64,000 bases of DNA from Candidatus Aenigmatarchaeota archaeon (GTDB lineage Archaea; Aenigmatarchaeota; Aenigmatarchaeia; GW2011-AR5; JAHLMP01): contig JAHLMP010000002.1 of NCBI GenBank assembly GCA_018920315.1, positions 48,075 to 112,074 of the forward strand, given 5' to 3'. Both the position numbers and the translations under genes were made by a program. Positions within the stretch are counted from its first letter, which is position 1. Every line of letters begins with the position of its first letter. The notes beneath the pieces were generated by a model. It ran no database searches and was not told the DNA's origin. It worked only from the letters and a program-made list of their open reading frames with translations. Of this stretch, positions 8,966 to 19,229 are shown in pieces.

Positions 8966-9979
8966 ATGGCAAGGTTTATTTTAAGCAGAAAAAAAGTTTT
9001 GGAACAGTATAGAATTTTAAGTGAGATTACTGATATTGTTGGATATAACTTTAAAGCAAATAAAGAAGTTGGAAAAATAATAGAAAAAGAAACAAATGCT
9101 CCGATAGTCATTAGCTCTTTGAATAGTATTAAAGAGATAGAGGAAAAAAGTAGAATAATTTATATTCTTCAAGGAAATAATCTTGATGAGATAAAAAGTA
9201 TTTTAAAAGATGGGGTAAAAACTTTTATCGTTGATAATGAAAGTGATTTGAAAAGATTACTTTCATTAGAAAAGGAAATAAATCTTTTTGTGAGAATGAA
9301 GGTTAGAGAGCATACTATATATACAGGCAAGTATTTTGTTTATGGATTTCATTGGAAAAGATTGCAAGAGCTTATAACAAAGCTAAGAAAAAATAAAAAT
9401 ATAAAAGAGCTTGGTATTCATTTTCACAGAAAGACACAAAATGTTGGAGAATGGTTCTTAAAAGAGGAATTTAATGATGTTCTAACAGAAGATGTAACTA
9501 GTGCAATAGATATAATAAACATCGGTGGAGGAATACCAGTAGAGTATGCTAACTCTAAACCAAATATTGAAGTGATTCTTGAAAAAATAAAGGAGTTTAA
9601 AGATTTTGTTAACAGCTTAGGAATAAAACTAGCTATAGAGCCAGGAAGGTTTATAGCAGCACCGCCAATAAAATTAGAAGCAAATGTTATTAATGCATAT
9701 GAAGACAATCTAATTCTTGACTGCTCTGTATATAATACTTGTATAGACATAATATTAATGAATGTAAAGCTTTTGGTTGAAGGGGAAAAAGAAAGTGGAA
9801 GATACAAATATATATTAAAAGGCTATACACCAGACTCTATGGATATATTTCGCTATAAAGTATTTTTTGATGAAGAAAAGAAGATAGGAGATAAGATAGT
9901 TTTCATAAATGCTGGTGCTTACAATTTTTATACAGAGTTTAACGATTTGCCGAGAGTCCCTACAATTATTGTTGATTAG
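8966..9979 (+). CDS. Alanine-racemase-fold (group IV) PLP decarboxylase, Orn/DAP/Arg family
   Basis: YNFKAN PLP lysine, GIHFH, INIGGG, EPGRFI, G.TPDS.D, NAGAY. Confidence 0.85.
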   Translation: MARFILSRKKVLEQYRILSEITDIVGYNFKANKEVGKIIEKETNAPIVISSLNSIKEIEEKSRIIYILQGNNLDEIKSILKDGVKTFIVDNESDLKRLLSLEKEINLFVRMKVREHTIYTGKYFVYGFHWKRLQELITKLRKNKNIKELGIHFHRKTQNVGEWFLKEEFNDVLTEDVTSAIDIINIGGGIPVEYANSKPNIEVILEKIKEFKDFVNSLGIKLAIEPGRFIAAPPIKLEANVINAYEDNLILDCSVYNTCIDIILMNVKLLVEGEKESGRYKYILKGYTPDSMDIFRYKVFFDEEKKIGDKIVFINAGAYNFYTEFNDLPRVPTIIVD

Positions 9980-9988
9980 GATTGCAAT

Positions 9989-10540
9989 CTATTTAGTTAG
10001 AATTTTCTTGTATTTCTCTTCTAAAATTATTCTATTTGTTTTTCCAAATTTTTCTTTTTTTATTATTCCTCTCTTTTTCAAAGATTCTACTACTCGGAAG
10101 GCGTTTATCTTTCCCATTATCTTTGAAAGCTTACTCTGAGTTATTTCTCCATTATTTTCGACTATCTTTTCTATTACAATTCTTTCCTTATTATCTAAAA
10201 AATCTAAAAATATTTTGAACTTTTCGTTATCATTTTTTTCAAAATCTTTTATTGGGAGTCTTTCTATTCTTGATCTTAATATTTCATACTCTTCGCTTCT
10301 ATGAATAGCAACGAAATAATAAACTATTGCTCCTACAATCACACCAAAAGAGGAAAAGGTTGGTATGAGAAGTGGTATAGGAAGGGTGCAAGAGCATGCT
10401 GTACCCTCTATTATATGAGTTTGAGCATAAAGTGTGCCGAAAGATACAAGAAAAACAAAGATGGAAATTACTATAGCTAATAATAAGAATTTTGTTTTAA
10501 TTTTATTTTTTATATGATATTTATTATTTTTATCACTCAT
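9989..10540 (-). CDS. Membrane-anchored winged-helix transcriptional regulator
   Basis: Two hydrophobic helices flanking a CSC loop; C-terminal GEITQSKL...LKKRGIIKKEKFGKTNRI wHTH. Confidence 0.7.
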   Translation of the reverse strand: MSDKNNKYHIKNKIKTKFLLLAIVISIFVFLVSFGTLYAQTHIIEGTACSCTLPIPLLIPTFSSFGVIVGAIVYYFVAIHRSEEYEILRSRIERLPIKDFEKNDNEKFKIFLDFLDNKERIVIEKIVENNGEITQSKLSKIMGKINAFRVVESLKKRGIIKKEKFGKTNRIILEEKYKKILTK

Positions 10541-10558
10541 GATATCGCCAAATCTCTA

Positions 10559-10575
10559 GTTTCAATTTTTGAAAC
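10559..10575. promoter_or_regulatory. 7-3-7 inverted repeat in the divergent promoter region, possible operator
   Basis: GTTTCAA-TTT-TTGAAAC between the divergent regulator and redox genes. Confidence 0.45.
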
Positions 10576-10635
10576 CAAAATTTTTAAAAGGTTTCATATA
10601 TAATTTAAACGATAATTTTATTTAGAGGTATGTAA

Positions 10636-11856
10636 ATGAACTTCAATAAACTAAGGATAAACGAAGAAAATACTATTAGAAAAGTTTCATTAGCGTTAAT
10701 ATTTTTAATCATAATTTTATTATTCCATACGAATGTAGTGGTAGGGTTAAAATTAAGCAATTTTGAGAGTTACGAGAATTATAAAGTTGAGCTAATTCTA
10801 TTTTATAGCGATACTTGTCCTCATTGTCATGAAGAATTGAGATTTCTCGATAAGTTAGAGCAAAAATATAGTGAGAGTGTAAGATTTATAAAATATCGCG
10901 TTGAAGATGGTGGAAAAGTAATTGAAATTTGGAGAGATATGTGCAAGCTACATGGAATAGAAAGATACTTTGGCTCTGTACCGTTGACATTTATTAGAAT
11001 GGTTGGAGAAGATAAAGGGGATTATATATTAGGTTTTGATAATGAAAATAATACTGGAAGAAGAATAGAAGAGATTTTGCAAGACTATTTAAGAAAGAGT
11101 GAAATGAATTTAAATACTACAATTAATCAAACAACGCTACCATTTTTTATGGATATTTCTAAATATTCTTTGCCAATAGCATCAATAATTTTGGGATTTA
11201 TAGACGGATTTAATGTCTGCTCTTTAGGAGCTTTGGTGATAATTATAAGCTTAGTGATTGGATTAAAATCTAGAAAGCACATTCTTTTGTTAGGAGGAAT
11301 GTATATTTTAACTACAAGCATAGTTTATGCATTGTTAATGTTCTTTTGGTATAATTTATTTGAATTTCTAGGGAATTATATAAGCAAGTTAGAAATCTTA
11401 GTGGGAATAATAGGAATAATAGGAGCATTTTATTTTTTCAAGGAGTTTTATAGATTCAAAAAGTATGGTCCGAGTTGCGAAGCTCAGTTTGGAAATAAGC
11501 TTCTCGGAAAGTTTTCTAAGAAATTTTCAGAAATGCAGAAAAAAGGAATAGGATTAGCACTTTTGGCGTTTTCTGTTTTTATATTCTCCTTAATTATAAC
11601 AATCGTAGAATTTCCATGCTCTGCTGCAGTACCTTTGTTTTACGTAAGTGTGCTTGCAACTAAGGAGCTTAGGTTTATTTATGAGTTTTTCTTGATGGTT
11701 ATCTACATATTCTTTTATATGCTTGATGAGATCATAATATTCTTAATAGCGGTATTTACTTTGAAGATAAGGTTTACATCCCCCAAAGTAACTATGTGGA
11801 TGTATTTATTTGCAGGAATTATTTTGCTAGTTTGGGGTGTAAGTTATTTATTATGA
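10636..11856 (+). CDS. Thioredoxin/glutaredoxin-domain membrane protein with CcdA-like TM domain
   Basis: CPHC motif and SVP; DGFNVC and EFPC cysteines in the TM region. Confidence 0.8.
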   Translation: MNFNKLRINEENTIRKVSLALIFLIIILLFHTNVVVGLKLSNFESYENYKVELILFYSDTCPHCHEELRFLDKLEQKYSESVRFIKYRVEDGGKVIEIWRDMCKLHGIERYFGSVPLTFIRMVGEDKGDYILGFDNENNTGRRIEEILQDYLRKSEMNLNTTINQTTLPFFMDISKYSLPIASIILGFIDGFNVCSLGALVIIISLVIGLKSRKHILLLGGMYILTTSIVYALLMFFWYNLFEFLGNYISKLEILVGIIGIIGAFYFFKEFYRFKKYGPSCEAQFGNKLLGKFSKKFSEMQKKGIGLALLAFSVFIFSLIITIVEFPCSAAVPLFYVSVLATKELRFIYEFFLMVIYIFFYMLDEIIIFLIAVFTLKIRFTSPKVTMWMYLFAGIILLVWGVSYLL

Positions 11857-11931
11857 AAAGTTTTTAATATTAAGATATAAGAATTTTTAGTAACTGCTTT
11901 TTATGCGAAGATATAGGAAATTAGTATAGAG

Positions 11932-12276
11932 ATGAAATTTATGGGTAAATTTTCATTCGATGTAGATGATGAAAATTTTGATAAAGAAGTTATAGAAAAA
12001 TCAAAAAAAGTTCCTGTAGTTGTTGACTTTTGGGCAAGCTGGTGCATGCCTTGTTTGATCTTAAAACCAACATTAGAAAAGATAGCGGAAGAATATAAAG
12101 GAAGGTTTTTACTTGCAAAAGCAAATATAGATGAAAACCAAAAAATGAGCGAGAAATTTAATATCACATCCGTACCAAATGTAAAACTTTTTATAAATGG
12201 AAAAGTTGTTGACGAGTTTATAGGAGCGATGCCAGAATTAAAAATAAAAACATGGATTGACGAACATCTAAAATAA
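11932..12276 (+). CDS. trxA: Thioredoxin
   Basis: VVVDFWASWCMPC, SVPNV. Confidence 0.95.
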   Translation: MKFMGKFSFDVDDENFDKEVIEKSKKVPVVVDFWASWCMPCLILKPTLEKIAEEYKGRFLLAKANIDENQKMSEKFNITSVPNVKLFINGKVVDEFIGAMPELKIKTWIDEHLK

Positions 12277-12321
12277 GATGTTAAATACTTTATAAAAAAT
12301 TAGGAGTACATAAAAATTATA

Positions 12322-13350
12322 ATGAAATTACAAAAGTTGATAGGGATGAGTAGCAAAAGTAAATCAAAAGATAAAAATTATAAAAAATCTGAAAGAAAAG
12401 TAAAGAAAGCCAAGAGAGAAAAGAAAATTGAAGATAAGAATTACGATCTTCTAATTCTTGGTTCTGGAGTTGCTGGGCTATCTGCAGGAATATATGCTGC
12501 TCGCTATAAGCTTAAAACATTGATAATCGGAAAAGACATGGGAATGGCAGCAGAAGCACCAGAGATAGAAAATTATCCTGGAATCTATGGAGTTAGTGGC
12601 GTGCAGCTAGTAAAAAAAATTACTGAGCATGCAAGAGAGATGGGCGCAGAAATTATTTACGATGAAATAGAGAATATAGAAAAAATAGAGGGTGGGTTCA
12701 AAGTTAAAACAAGCACTAATGAATTCTTTGGAAAAGCGATAATATACGCTTTGGGTGGAATGAAAAGAAAGCTTGGATTAGAGAATGAAAATAATTTTAT
12801 CGGAAAGGGTATTAGTTATTGCGCTACTTGTGATTCAAGATTTTTTAAAGATAAGATTGTTGCTGTTCTTGGCGGAGCAAATTCTGCAGCAACTACTAGT
12901 TTGCTACTATCAAAATATGCTAAAAAAGTTTATCTTATTCATAGAAGAGAAAGCTTAAGAGCAGATCCAACGCTTATTGAGAAATTAAAAGAAGCTAAAA
13001 ATATAGAGATAATCTTTAATCATGTCGTTAAAGAGTTAAAAGGAGATAAAAGATTAGAAGCTGTAATACTTGAAAACGTAGCCACAGGAGAGAAAAGGGA
13101 GATAAAGCTTGATGGCATTTTTGTAGAATTTGGCTATGTTCCAAACTCTTTTCTAGCTGAGAAGATTGGTGTAGAGATTTGCGAAGATGGAAGAATAAAG
13201 GTTAATGAAGATATGTCAACAAATATTGAAGGATTTTTTGCTGCAGGCGATATTACTAGCGGAAGCAATAGATTGGATCAAATTATTACTGCAGCAGCAG
13301 AAGGTGCTATTGCAGCCAACTCTGCATATAAATATCTAAGTAAAAAATAG
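12322..13350 (+). CDS. trxB: Thioredoxin reductase
   Basis: GSGVAGLSA, SYCATCD, GGANSA, FAAGD; Lys-rich N-terminal extension. Confidence 0.95.
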   Translation: MKLQKLIGMSSKSKSKDKNYKKSERKVKKAKREKKIEDKNYDLLILGSGVAGLSAGIYAARYKLKTLIIGKDMGMAAEAPEIENYPGIYGVSGVQLVKKITEHAREMGAEIIYDEIENIEKIEGGFKVKTSTNEFFGKAIIYALGGMKRKLGLENENNFIGKGISYCATCDSRFFKDKIVAVLGGANSAATTSLLLSKYAKKVYLIHRRESLRADPTLIEKLKEAKNIEIIFNHVVKELKGDKRLEAVILENVATGEKREIKLDGIFVEFGYVPNSFLAEKIGVEICEDGRIKVNEDMSTNIEGFFAAGDITSGSNRLDQIITAAAEGAIAANSAYKYLSKK

Positions 13351-13358
13351 AATTTTTT

Positions 13359-14072
13359 ATGAGAAGTGAAAAAAATAGATTAAAGATTGTGATCACAGGA
13401 ATAAAAAAAGAGATATTGAAGAAAGAATTGAAAAAATTCTTTAAAAATAATAAATGCGTTGATTATGAATTAAATTCAAAAAACCCAAGCCTTGTTGTCT
13501 GTTATGGTGGTGATGGCTCTCTACTTTTTAGCGAGAGAAAGTATCCGAAAATTCCAAAAATTTTCATTCATAAGAAAAAAGGAATAAATGTTGTCAGAAA
13601 GGTTTTAAAGAAGATTTTTACTCGAGATTATGAAAAAGAGTTTAAAGAACTATTAAAGTTAGAGTGTTTTGTTAAAAAAGCAAGAAAAAGTTTAATTGCA
13701 ATTAATGATGTTAATATACATTATATTCCTCCAAGTGCATTAAGATTTATTTTAAAGATAGATGGAAGAGTTATCAGTAAAGAAATTATAGGCGATGGCA
13801 TTGTTATAGCAACTCCATTCGGCTCTAATGGATATTTTAAATCAATCACAAGAAAAAGCTTTGAAAAAGGTATAGGAATAGCTTTTAACAATCCGACAAA
13901 AATTCTCAAACCATTGATAATAGATGAAAAATCCATAATAGATGTTATTATTAGAAGAGGCGTTGCTTATGTCGCAGTAGACAACAATCCAAAATTGATT
14001 AGAATAACTCAAGGAGATTCTATAAAAGTAAAGGCATCAAAACAAAAGGCAAGAATAGCGATATATAAATAA
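13359..14072 (+). CDS. nadK: NAD kinase
   Basis: GGDG, AIND, GDGIVIATPFGS.GY. Confidence 0.85.
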   Translation: MRSEKNRLKIVITGIKKEILKKELKKFFKNNKCVDYELNSKNPSLVVCYGGDGSLLFSERKYPKIPKIFIHKKKGINVVRKVLKKIFTRDYEKEFKELLKLECFVKKARKSLIAINDVNIHYIPPSALRFILKIDGRVISKEIIGDGIVIATPFGSNGYFKSITRKSFEKGIGIAFNNPTKILKPLIIDEKSIIDVIIRRGVAYVAVDNNPKLIRITQGDSIKVKASKQKARIAIYK

Positions 14073-14177
14073 TGGATAGTTTAATAAAAATAATAGGCAA
14101 TTTAAGAAACGAATTATTTATTCTTCTGCTTTTTAACCTACAACATTTGGTGATATCAAAATATTTATTTCACATTT

Positions 14178-14858
14178 TCATTTTCCAAATCTTCTTTCTC
14201 TTTGCTCAAACTCTCTAATAGCATTTAAAAAATCCTCTTTAGTTAGCTCTGGCCAAAGAGGCTTGAGGAATATAAGCTCAGCATATGCCCCGTGCCATGG
14301 TAGAAAGCCAGATAAACGATATTCGCCAGATGTTCTTATTATCAAATCTGGATCTGGCACATCATTTAGATATAAAAACCTTCTAAATATCTTTTCATTA
14401 ACTTTTTTCACACCAGCCTTTATCAATTTATTGCAAGCATCTAAAATCTCTTGTCTACCTCCGTAACCAATTGCAACATTTAAGCGATAAGGTTTATTGC
14501 CTTCTGTTTTTTCTTCTATTCTTTTTAAAATTTTTACAAGAGATGTTGGAAGAATTTTAAGGTTGCCTATCATTTTGACCTCAACTTTATCATCTATTAG
14601 CTCGTTATTTTTTAGCGCTTCCTTTACCTTTTTTTCAATGAGTGAGAAGAATATTTTTCTTTCTCTGAAGCTTCTATTTATATTTTCTGTAGAAAAGCTC
14701 CAAACAGTAACTATTTTTATACCGAGCTCTCTACTCCATTCTAAAACATCTTTTAATTTATTAATTCCAAGCTCATATGCTTTTGCTAAACTTAAATTAT
14801 ATTTTTCTCCAAATCTTCTATTGCCATCTGGAATTATTCCTATATGAGCAGGTATCAT
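14178..14858 (-). CDS. uppS: cis-prenyltransferase (undecaprenyl/polyprenyl diphosphate synthase)
   Basis: HIGIIPDGNRRF, FSTEN, YGGRQE, PDLIIRTSGE.RLSGFL.W. Confidence 0.95.
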   Translation of the reverse strand: MIPAHIGIIPDGNRRFGEKYNLSLAKAYELGINKLKDVLEWSRELGIKIVTVWSFSTENINRSFRERKIFFSLIEKKVKEALKNNELIDDKVEVKMIGNLKILPTSLVKILKRIEEKTEGNKPYRLNVAIGYGGRQEILDACNKLIKAGVKKVNEKIFRRFLYLNDVPDPDLIIRTSGEYRLSGFLPWHGAYAELIFLKPLWPELTKEDFLNAIREFEQRERRFGK

Positions 14859-15043
14859 TTTAATTTCACTTTAATTATTGTATATTTTAATTTAAAATAA
14901 ATTTAAAATTAGAAGGATAAAAAGTTTTATAATTATTTTAGTCAAATCCGAAATTTCTAAATTTTACAAAAGTTAAGTTTATTCATTTCTTAATAGAATG
15001 CTCTATGAAATTTTTTAAATTTAACTCGAATATATAGCTTTTT

Positions 15044-16063
15044 ATGTTACTCTTTATAGATCCATTATACATTCTATTGGGAGTTATAGGCTACGTGCTT
15101 ATGTTTTTTATAGCAAGTTTTATAGCTCCAAAGGTCGCTTCCAAATTTGCAGGAAAATTCTCTCTGTTCGCGTCGATGATCATTTTATCATCTTCAATAT
15201 TAATTATTAGTGGCACAATAATATATCTTGTTCTTGCTTATGCCGAAGTTTACATAGATTTCATACTACTGGTAGTTTTTGTCTTTATTTCAAACTTTCT
15301 AATCTATCTCATCTCTCCTTTTATGATAAACTTATCTTATGGTGCCAAGCAAGATAATAAGCTACAAGAAATTGTCGATGAAGTTGCTAAAAAATTGAAA
15401 GTTAAGAAGAAATTTAAGGCGATGCAAGTAGAAATGCCTCCTAATGCATTTGCTTATGGTAATTTCTTGACAGGAAGATTTGTAGCTGTTTCAACATCTC
15501 TTGCAAACATGGTTGATAAAGAAGAGCTAGAAGCGATAATAGGCCATGAGATAGGGCATCATAAACATAGAGATGTTGCTATAATGCTGATATTTGGTAT
15601 ATTGCCTTCTATAATATATTATTTAGGATATTCAATGATAAGAAGTTCTTTTTGGAGAAGAAGCGATGAGGAAAGAAGAGGGAGTTCGCTATTCTTAATT
15701 GGCTTCTTGCTAGTTTTAGCAAGCTTTTTTATCCAGATTTTAGTTTTGGCATTTAGCAGATTAAGAGAGTATTACGCAGACTATGAGGGAGCAAAAGCAA
15801 CAAGCAAAAGAGCGATGCAGTCAGCACTAGTAAGAATTTACAATTTTTATTATGAGAGTCCAAGAGCTTTAAATAGAATCAGATCTGAAAAGTTTAGAAC
15901 TCTTTTCACATATTCTTTAGTAGAAGCAGTAGCATCCCCCTATGTTTCTTTGGATGAGATAGAGAGAATAAAGAAGAAAAACGTATCTCCTATTCAAGAG
16001 TTTATGTCAACCCATCCGCCTATTCCGAAAAGGTTAATGTCTTTAGAATCTTTCTCTTTGTGA
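15044..16063 (+). CDS. htpX: HtpX-like M48 zinc metalloprotease
   Basis: PNAFAYG, HEIGH, SRLREYYAD, STHPP. Confidence 0.9.
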   Translation: MLLFIDPLYILLGVIGYVLMFFIASFIAPKVASKFAGKFSLFASMIILSSSILIISGTIIYLVLAYAEVYIDFILLVVFVFISNFLIYLISPFMINLSYGAKQDNKLQEIVDEVAKKLKVKKKFKAMQVEMPPNAFAYGNFLTGRFVAVSTSLANMVDKEELEAIIGHEIGHHKHRDVAIMLIFGILPSIIYYLGYSMIRSSFWRRSDEERRGSSLFLIGFLLVLASFFIQILVLAFSRLREYYADYEGAKATSKRAMQSALVRIYNFYYESPRALNRIRSEKFRTLFTYSLVEAVASPYVSLDEIERIKKKNVSPIQEFMSTHPPIPKRLMSLESFSL

Positions 16064-16116
16064 ATTATAAATCAATATTTTAAAGTATTTCTTTTTTTAA
16101 TATTTTTAGTGATTTT

Positions 16117-16557
16117 ATGAAAGATATAATTAAAGAATTGGAGAGGGAATTGGAAGGTTATAAGCCAAGAGATGAATTGTTTTTCTTCTATTCAAACGAT
16201 CCAAAAATAAGGAGATCTCCATATAATTTCAGAGGAAACAAGTTTAATAATCTAAAAAAGTTATATGGAGAGAGAGCAATAGATTTGTCTTTGCTTAGAA
16301 AAACTCCTTATGGGGGTTATAGAGAATTAGTTATAGATGATAAAAACAATTTGGGAATAATGTATTATGAAATACTAAAAGAAGGAAACATTGTAGCGGT
16401 TTGCGAGTATGTATATCCATATGATTATGAAAGCGCATATCCGACAGAAGATAGATTAGAAGCGTACATAGAAAACCTTTTGGCATTCATAAGCAAATCT
16501 TCAGAAGACGATATTAAAAAATCTTTGTCAATAATCAGGAAGTATAAGACAGAATAA
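16117..16557 (+). CDS. Hypothetical protein
   Basis: 146-aa ORF with host-like composition, no recognised motif. Confidence 0.6.
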   Translation: MKDIIKELERELEGYKPRDELFFFYSNDPKIRRSPYNFRGNKFNNLKKLYGERAIDLSLLRKTPYGGYRELVIDDKNNLGIMYYEILKEGNIVAVCEYVYPYDYESAYPTEDRLEAYIENLLAFISKSSEDDIKKSLSIIRKYKTE

Positions 16558-16610
16558 ACTTTTCCATGGTCTACAAAAAATATTTTTTGATTTTTCTAAT
16601 TTTAAGAAAG

Positions 16611-17247
16611 CTATTCTAATTTTTTACTTGGCTTATAACCCGTCTTATATCCAGGATTTCTATCGGTTCTGTACTTATTAGGAAATTCTATATCTTTCTT
16701 TACGTCGTGTGAAACCTTCTTGAAGAATTTGAAAACCTCATATGGGTTGTCGATATGTCGAATTGCGTATGGCGTAGTAATTGACATTGGTACCCTAGAA
16801 CTGCTAAAAATACCTCCTCTAGATATTTGAACAATGCTTGGTGTATATATTGTTATGCTTCCAGAATTACTGCCAAAAAGCTTATCTATCAAGTCCACAT
16901 TTACCGATGCATTAGTAATTTGATCATAATCAATTATGTTAAAGTCTATGCCTTTCAATCCATTTTGTATTGTAACTCTCTTATTAGTAATGCCATAGAA
17001 TACATTCTTGTAAACTAGAGCACTATATAAAGCTGAGCCAATTGTAAAATAAAAGGCCAACCCAATTATGAGGAAACAAAAGAGCAACTAAAACCTTCTT
17101 TAAAGTCAATAATACTCCTACTAAAAGGAAAACGAATCCAAATAAAAATACGAAAAAGCTACTTATGAAGAAAGGCAGATATTTAGGTTTGTCTTTCCAT
17201 AACACCTTTTCATTTATAATCTTATCTATTATTCTCATAACCGGCAC
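16611..17247 (-). pseudogene. Membrane protein with bacterial PH (bPH_2) domain, frameshifted into two overlapping ORFs
   Basis: ORF 17023-17247 (EKVLWKDKP + TM) and ORF 16611-17087 (YGITNKRV, IDY.QI, GSITI) join if one T is removed from the TTTTATTTT run at about 17046-17054. Confidence 0.7.
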
Positions 17248-17425
17248 TCATTGCGTCATTAATGATTAATATAATTTTATAAATTAATTTACATCAATTA
17301 TCGGTGTAATATCAGAGGAAATTTTTATTGGATACAATATGTTTCTTGAGTAATAAGTAAGTGAACTATATATTTGTATCATTTTTTGTAAAGACAAAAA
17401 AGAAGAAATAGAAATAATGGAAGAT

Positions 17426-17701
17426 TTATTTCTTAGAAACCTTCTCTTCCTTCATTATTTTCTTTGCTATCAAAAATACAACTAATGCAATTATAACGAA
17501 GTTTATAAGATCTGCTAGAAATGCGCCCCAACTTATTACTATAGGTCCTATCGTCAAGGTTGCTGTTCTCCATGCTCCACCAGGAATGAAAGGCGTGATT
17601 ACCGGCATTATAATATTATCAACAAGAGACTTTACTAAGGTTGTAGAGGCAGCCCCAATTATGAATGCTATTGCTAGTGCTATTACTTTATACTCTTTCA
17701 A
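17426..17701 (-). CDS. mscL: Large-conductance mechanosensitive channel MscL, N-terminally truncated
   Basis: LAIAFIIGAA...SLVDNIIMP, WGAFL..LINFVIIA; TTG start, in-frame stop 11 codons upstream. Confidence 0.75.
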   Translation of the reverse strand: MKEYKVIALAIAFIIGAASTTLVKSLVDNIIMPVITPFIPGGAWRTATLTIGPIVISWGAFLADLINFVIIALVVFLIAKKIMKEEKVSKK

Positions 17702-17936
17702 AATTAATATTGCAAAAATTTTTGATCTTTGTTATCCTTTAATTCAAAATTAATTCTTATTCTTCTCAATTTTTCATTAATTTTATAAAAAATTTTCAGA
17801 AATTTTTATTTGAATAAATCAATCAAATGCAAGATATAAAGAGTAATATTTAAATTTCTCGACAACCAAGCATATAGTAATCAAAATAATCAAGAGTATA
17901 GTAATCAAAGCAAATATTTTTAGAAGAGCAGATGAT

Positions 17937-19169
17937 TTGATGAGAAATAAGAAAATAGTTCTCAAAAAATTTTCTAATATTAAGAAAAGAGCTATAATTT
18001 TACTAATAATTTTTGGATTGATAAGCCTTCTTGGCGATATAATATATGAAGGGGCAAGAAGCATAACTGGTCCTTACTTGAGTGTTTTAGGAGCTAACGC
18101 AGCGATTATTGGTTTTGTAGTTGGGTTTGCAGAACTTTTTGGCTATCTTTTAAGATTAATCTCAGGCTATTTATCTGATAGAACAAAAAGCTATTGGTTA
18201 TTTACTATACTTGGATATGGATTATTAATTTCAATACCATTGCTTTCTCTTTCTTCTATATGGCAAATAGCAGCAATATTAATTGTCTTAGAAAGAATTG
18301 GAAAAGGATTAAGGTCTCCTGCAAGAGATACCATAGCTTCTTATGCTGCAAAGCAGGTTGGTACAGGTGTTGGCTTCGGATTTTTAGAGCTTTTAGATCA
18401 GACAGGAGCAACTCTTGGTCCTATAATATTAGGATTGTTTTTTATTAGCTTAGGAAGCGGTACAAGAAGCTTAGTAGATTACCAAGCTGCATATAGGTTA
18501 TTTTTCATTCCTTTCATTATTTTAATGATTCTTCTATTTTTTGCATATTCAAAAGTAAGACATCCTCATAAATTAGAGAACAACAAAAAAACTAAAGAAT
18601 TGGATAATAATGGCAAAATATTCAAAAACTATATGATTTTTACCTTTCTTACAACATTCGGCTTTGTTAACTTCGCAATAATAGGCTATCATCTAAAGTA
18701 CAATTCGATATTTATAGATGCCATCATTCCAATACTTTATGCTTTTGGAATGGTAGTAGATGCGCTTGCAGGAATTTTTATCGGAGTTTTGTATGACAGA
18801 ATGAAAAAGAAAAGTCCGAATTTTAATATCCTATTAATTATTCCTATATTTACAGCGATTTCTATTATACTATTATTTTCATTTAACATTTTTGCAATAA
18901 TTCTTGGAACATTCTTTTGGGGTTTTGTATTAGGTACACATGAAACAATAATGAAAGCAATAATAGCGGATATAACAAAAAAGGAGAAAAGGGCAACATC
19001 TTATGGGACATTTCACATATTATATGGTTTTTCATTATTTGCAGGGAGCTCCATAGCAGGATTTTTATACGAGAGCTCTTTACTTATGCTTATTCTTGTC
19101 ATGGTATCATTTCAGATTTTTAGTTTGGTATTTTTCTTGAAGAATTTTGTACAATTAAAAAGAAAATAA
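17937..19169 (+). CDS. MFS transporter
   Basis: About 12 TM segments, GYLSDRT, ERIGKGLRSPARD. Confidence 0.9.
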   Translation: MMRNKKIVLKKFSNIKKRAIILLIIFGLISLLGDIIYEGARSITGPYLSVLGANAAIIGFVVGFAELFGYLLRLISGYLSDRTKSYWLFTILGYGLLISIPLLSLSSIWQIAAILIVLERIGKGLRSPARDTIASYAAKQVGTGVGFGFLELLDQTGATLGPIILGLFFISLGSGTRSLVDYQAAYRLFFIPFIILMILLFFAYSKVRHPHKLENNKKTKELDNNGKIFKNYMIFTFLTTFGFVNFAIIGYHLKYNSIFIDAIIPILYAFGMVVDALAGIFIGVLYDRMKKKSPNFNILLIIPIFTAISIILLFSFNIFAIILGTFFWGFVLGTHETIMKAIIADITKKEKRATSYGTFHILYGFSLFAGSSIAGFLYESSLLMLILVMVSFQIFSLVFFLKNFVQLKRK

Positions 19170-19229
19170 ATTTTCTATGCCTCTAGATTTTTGCGTTTAA
19201 AAAATTAACTATTTTAAATCTTATCAAAG

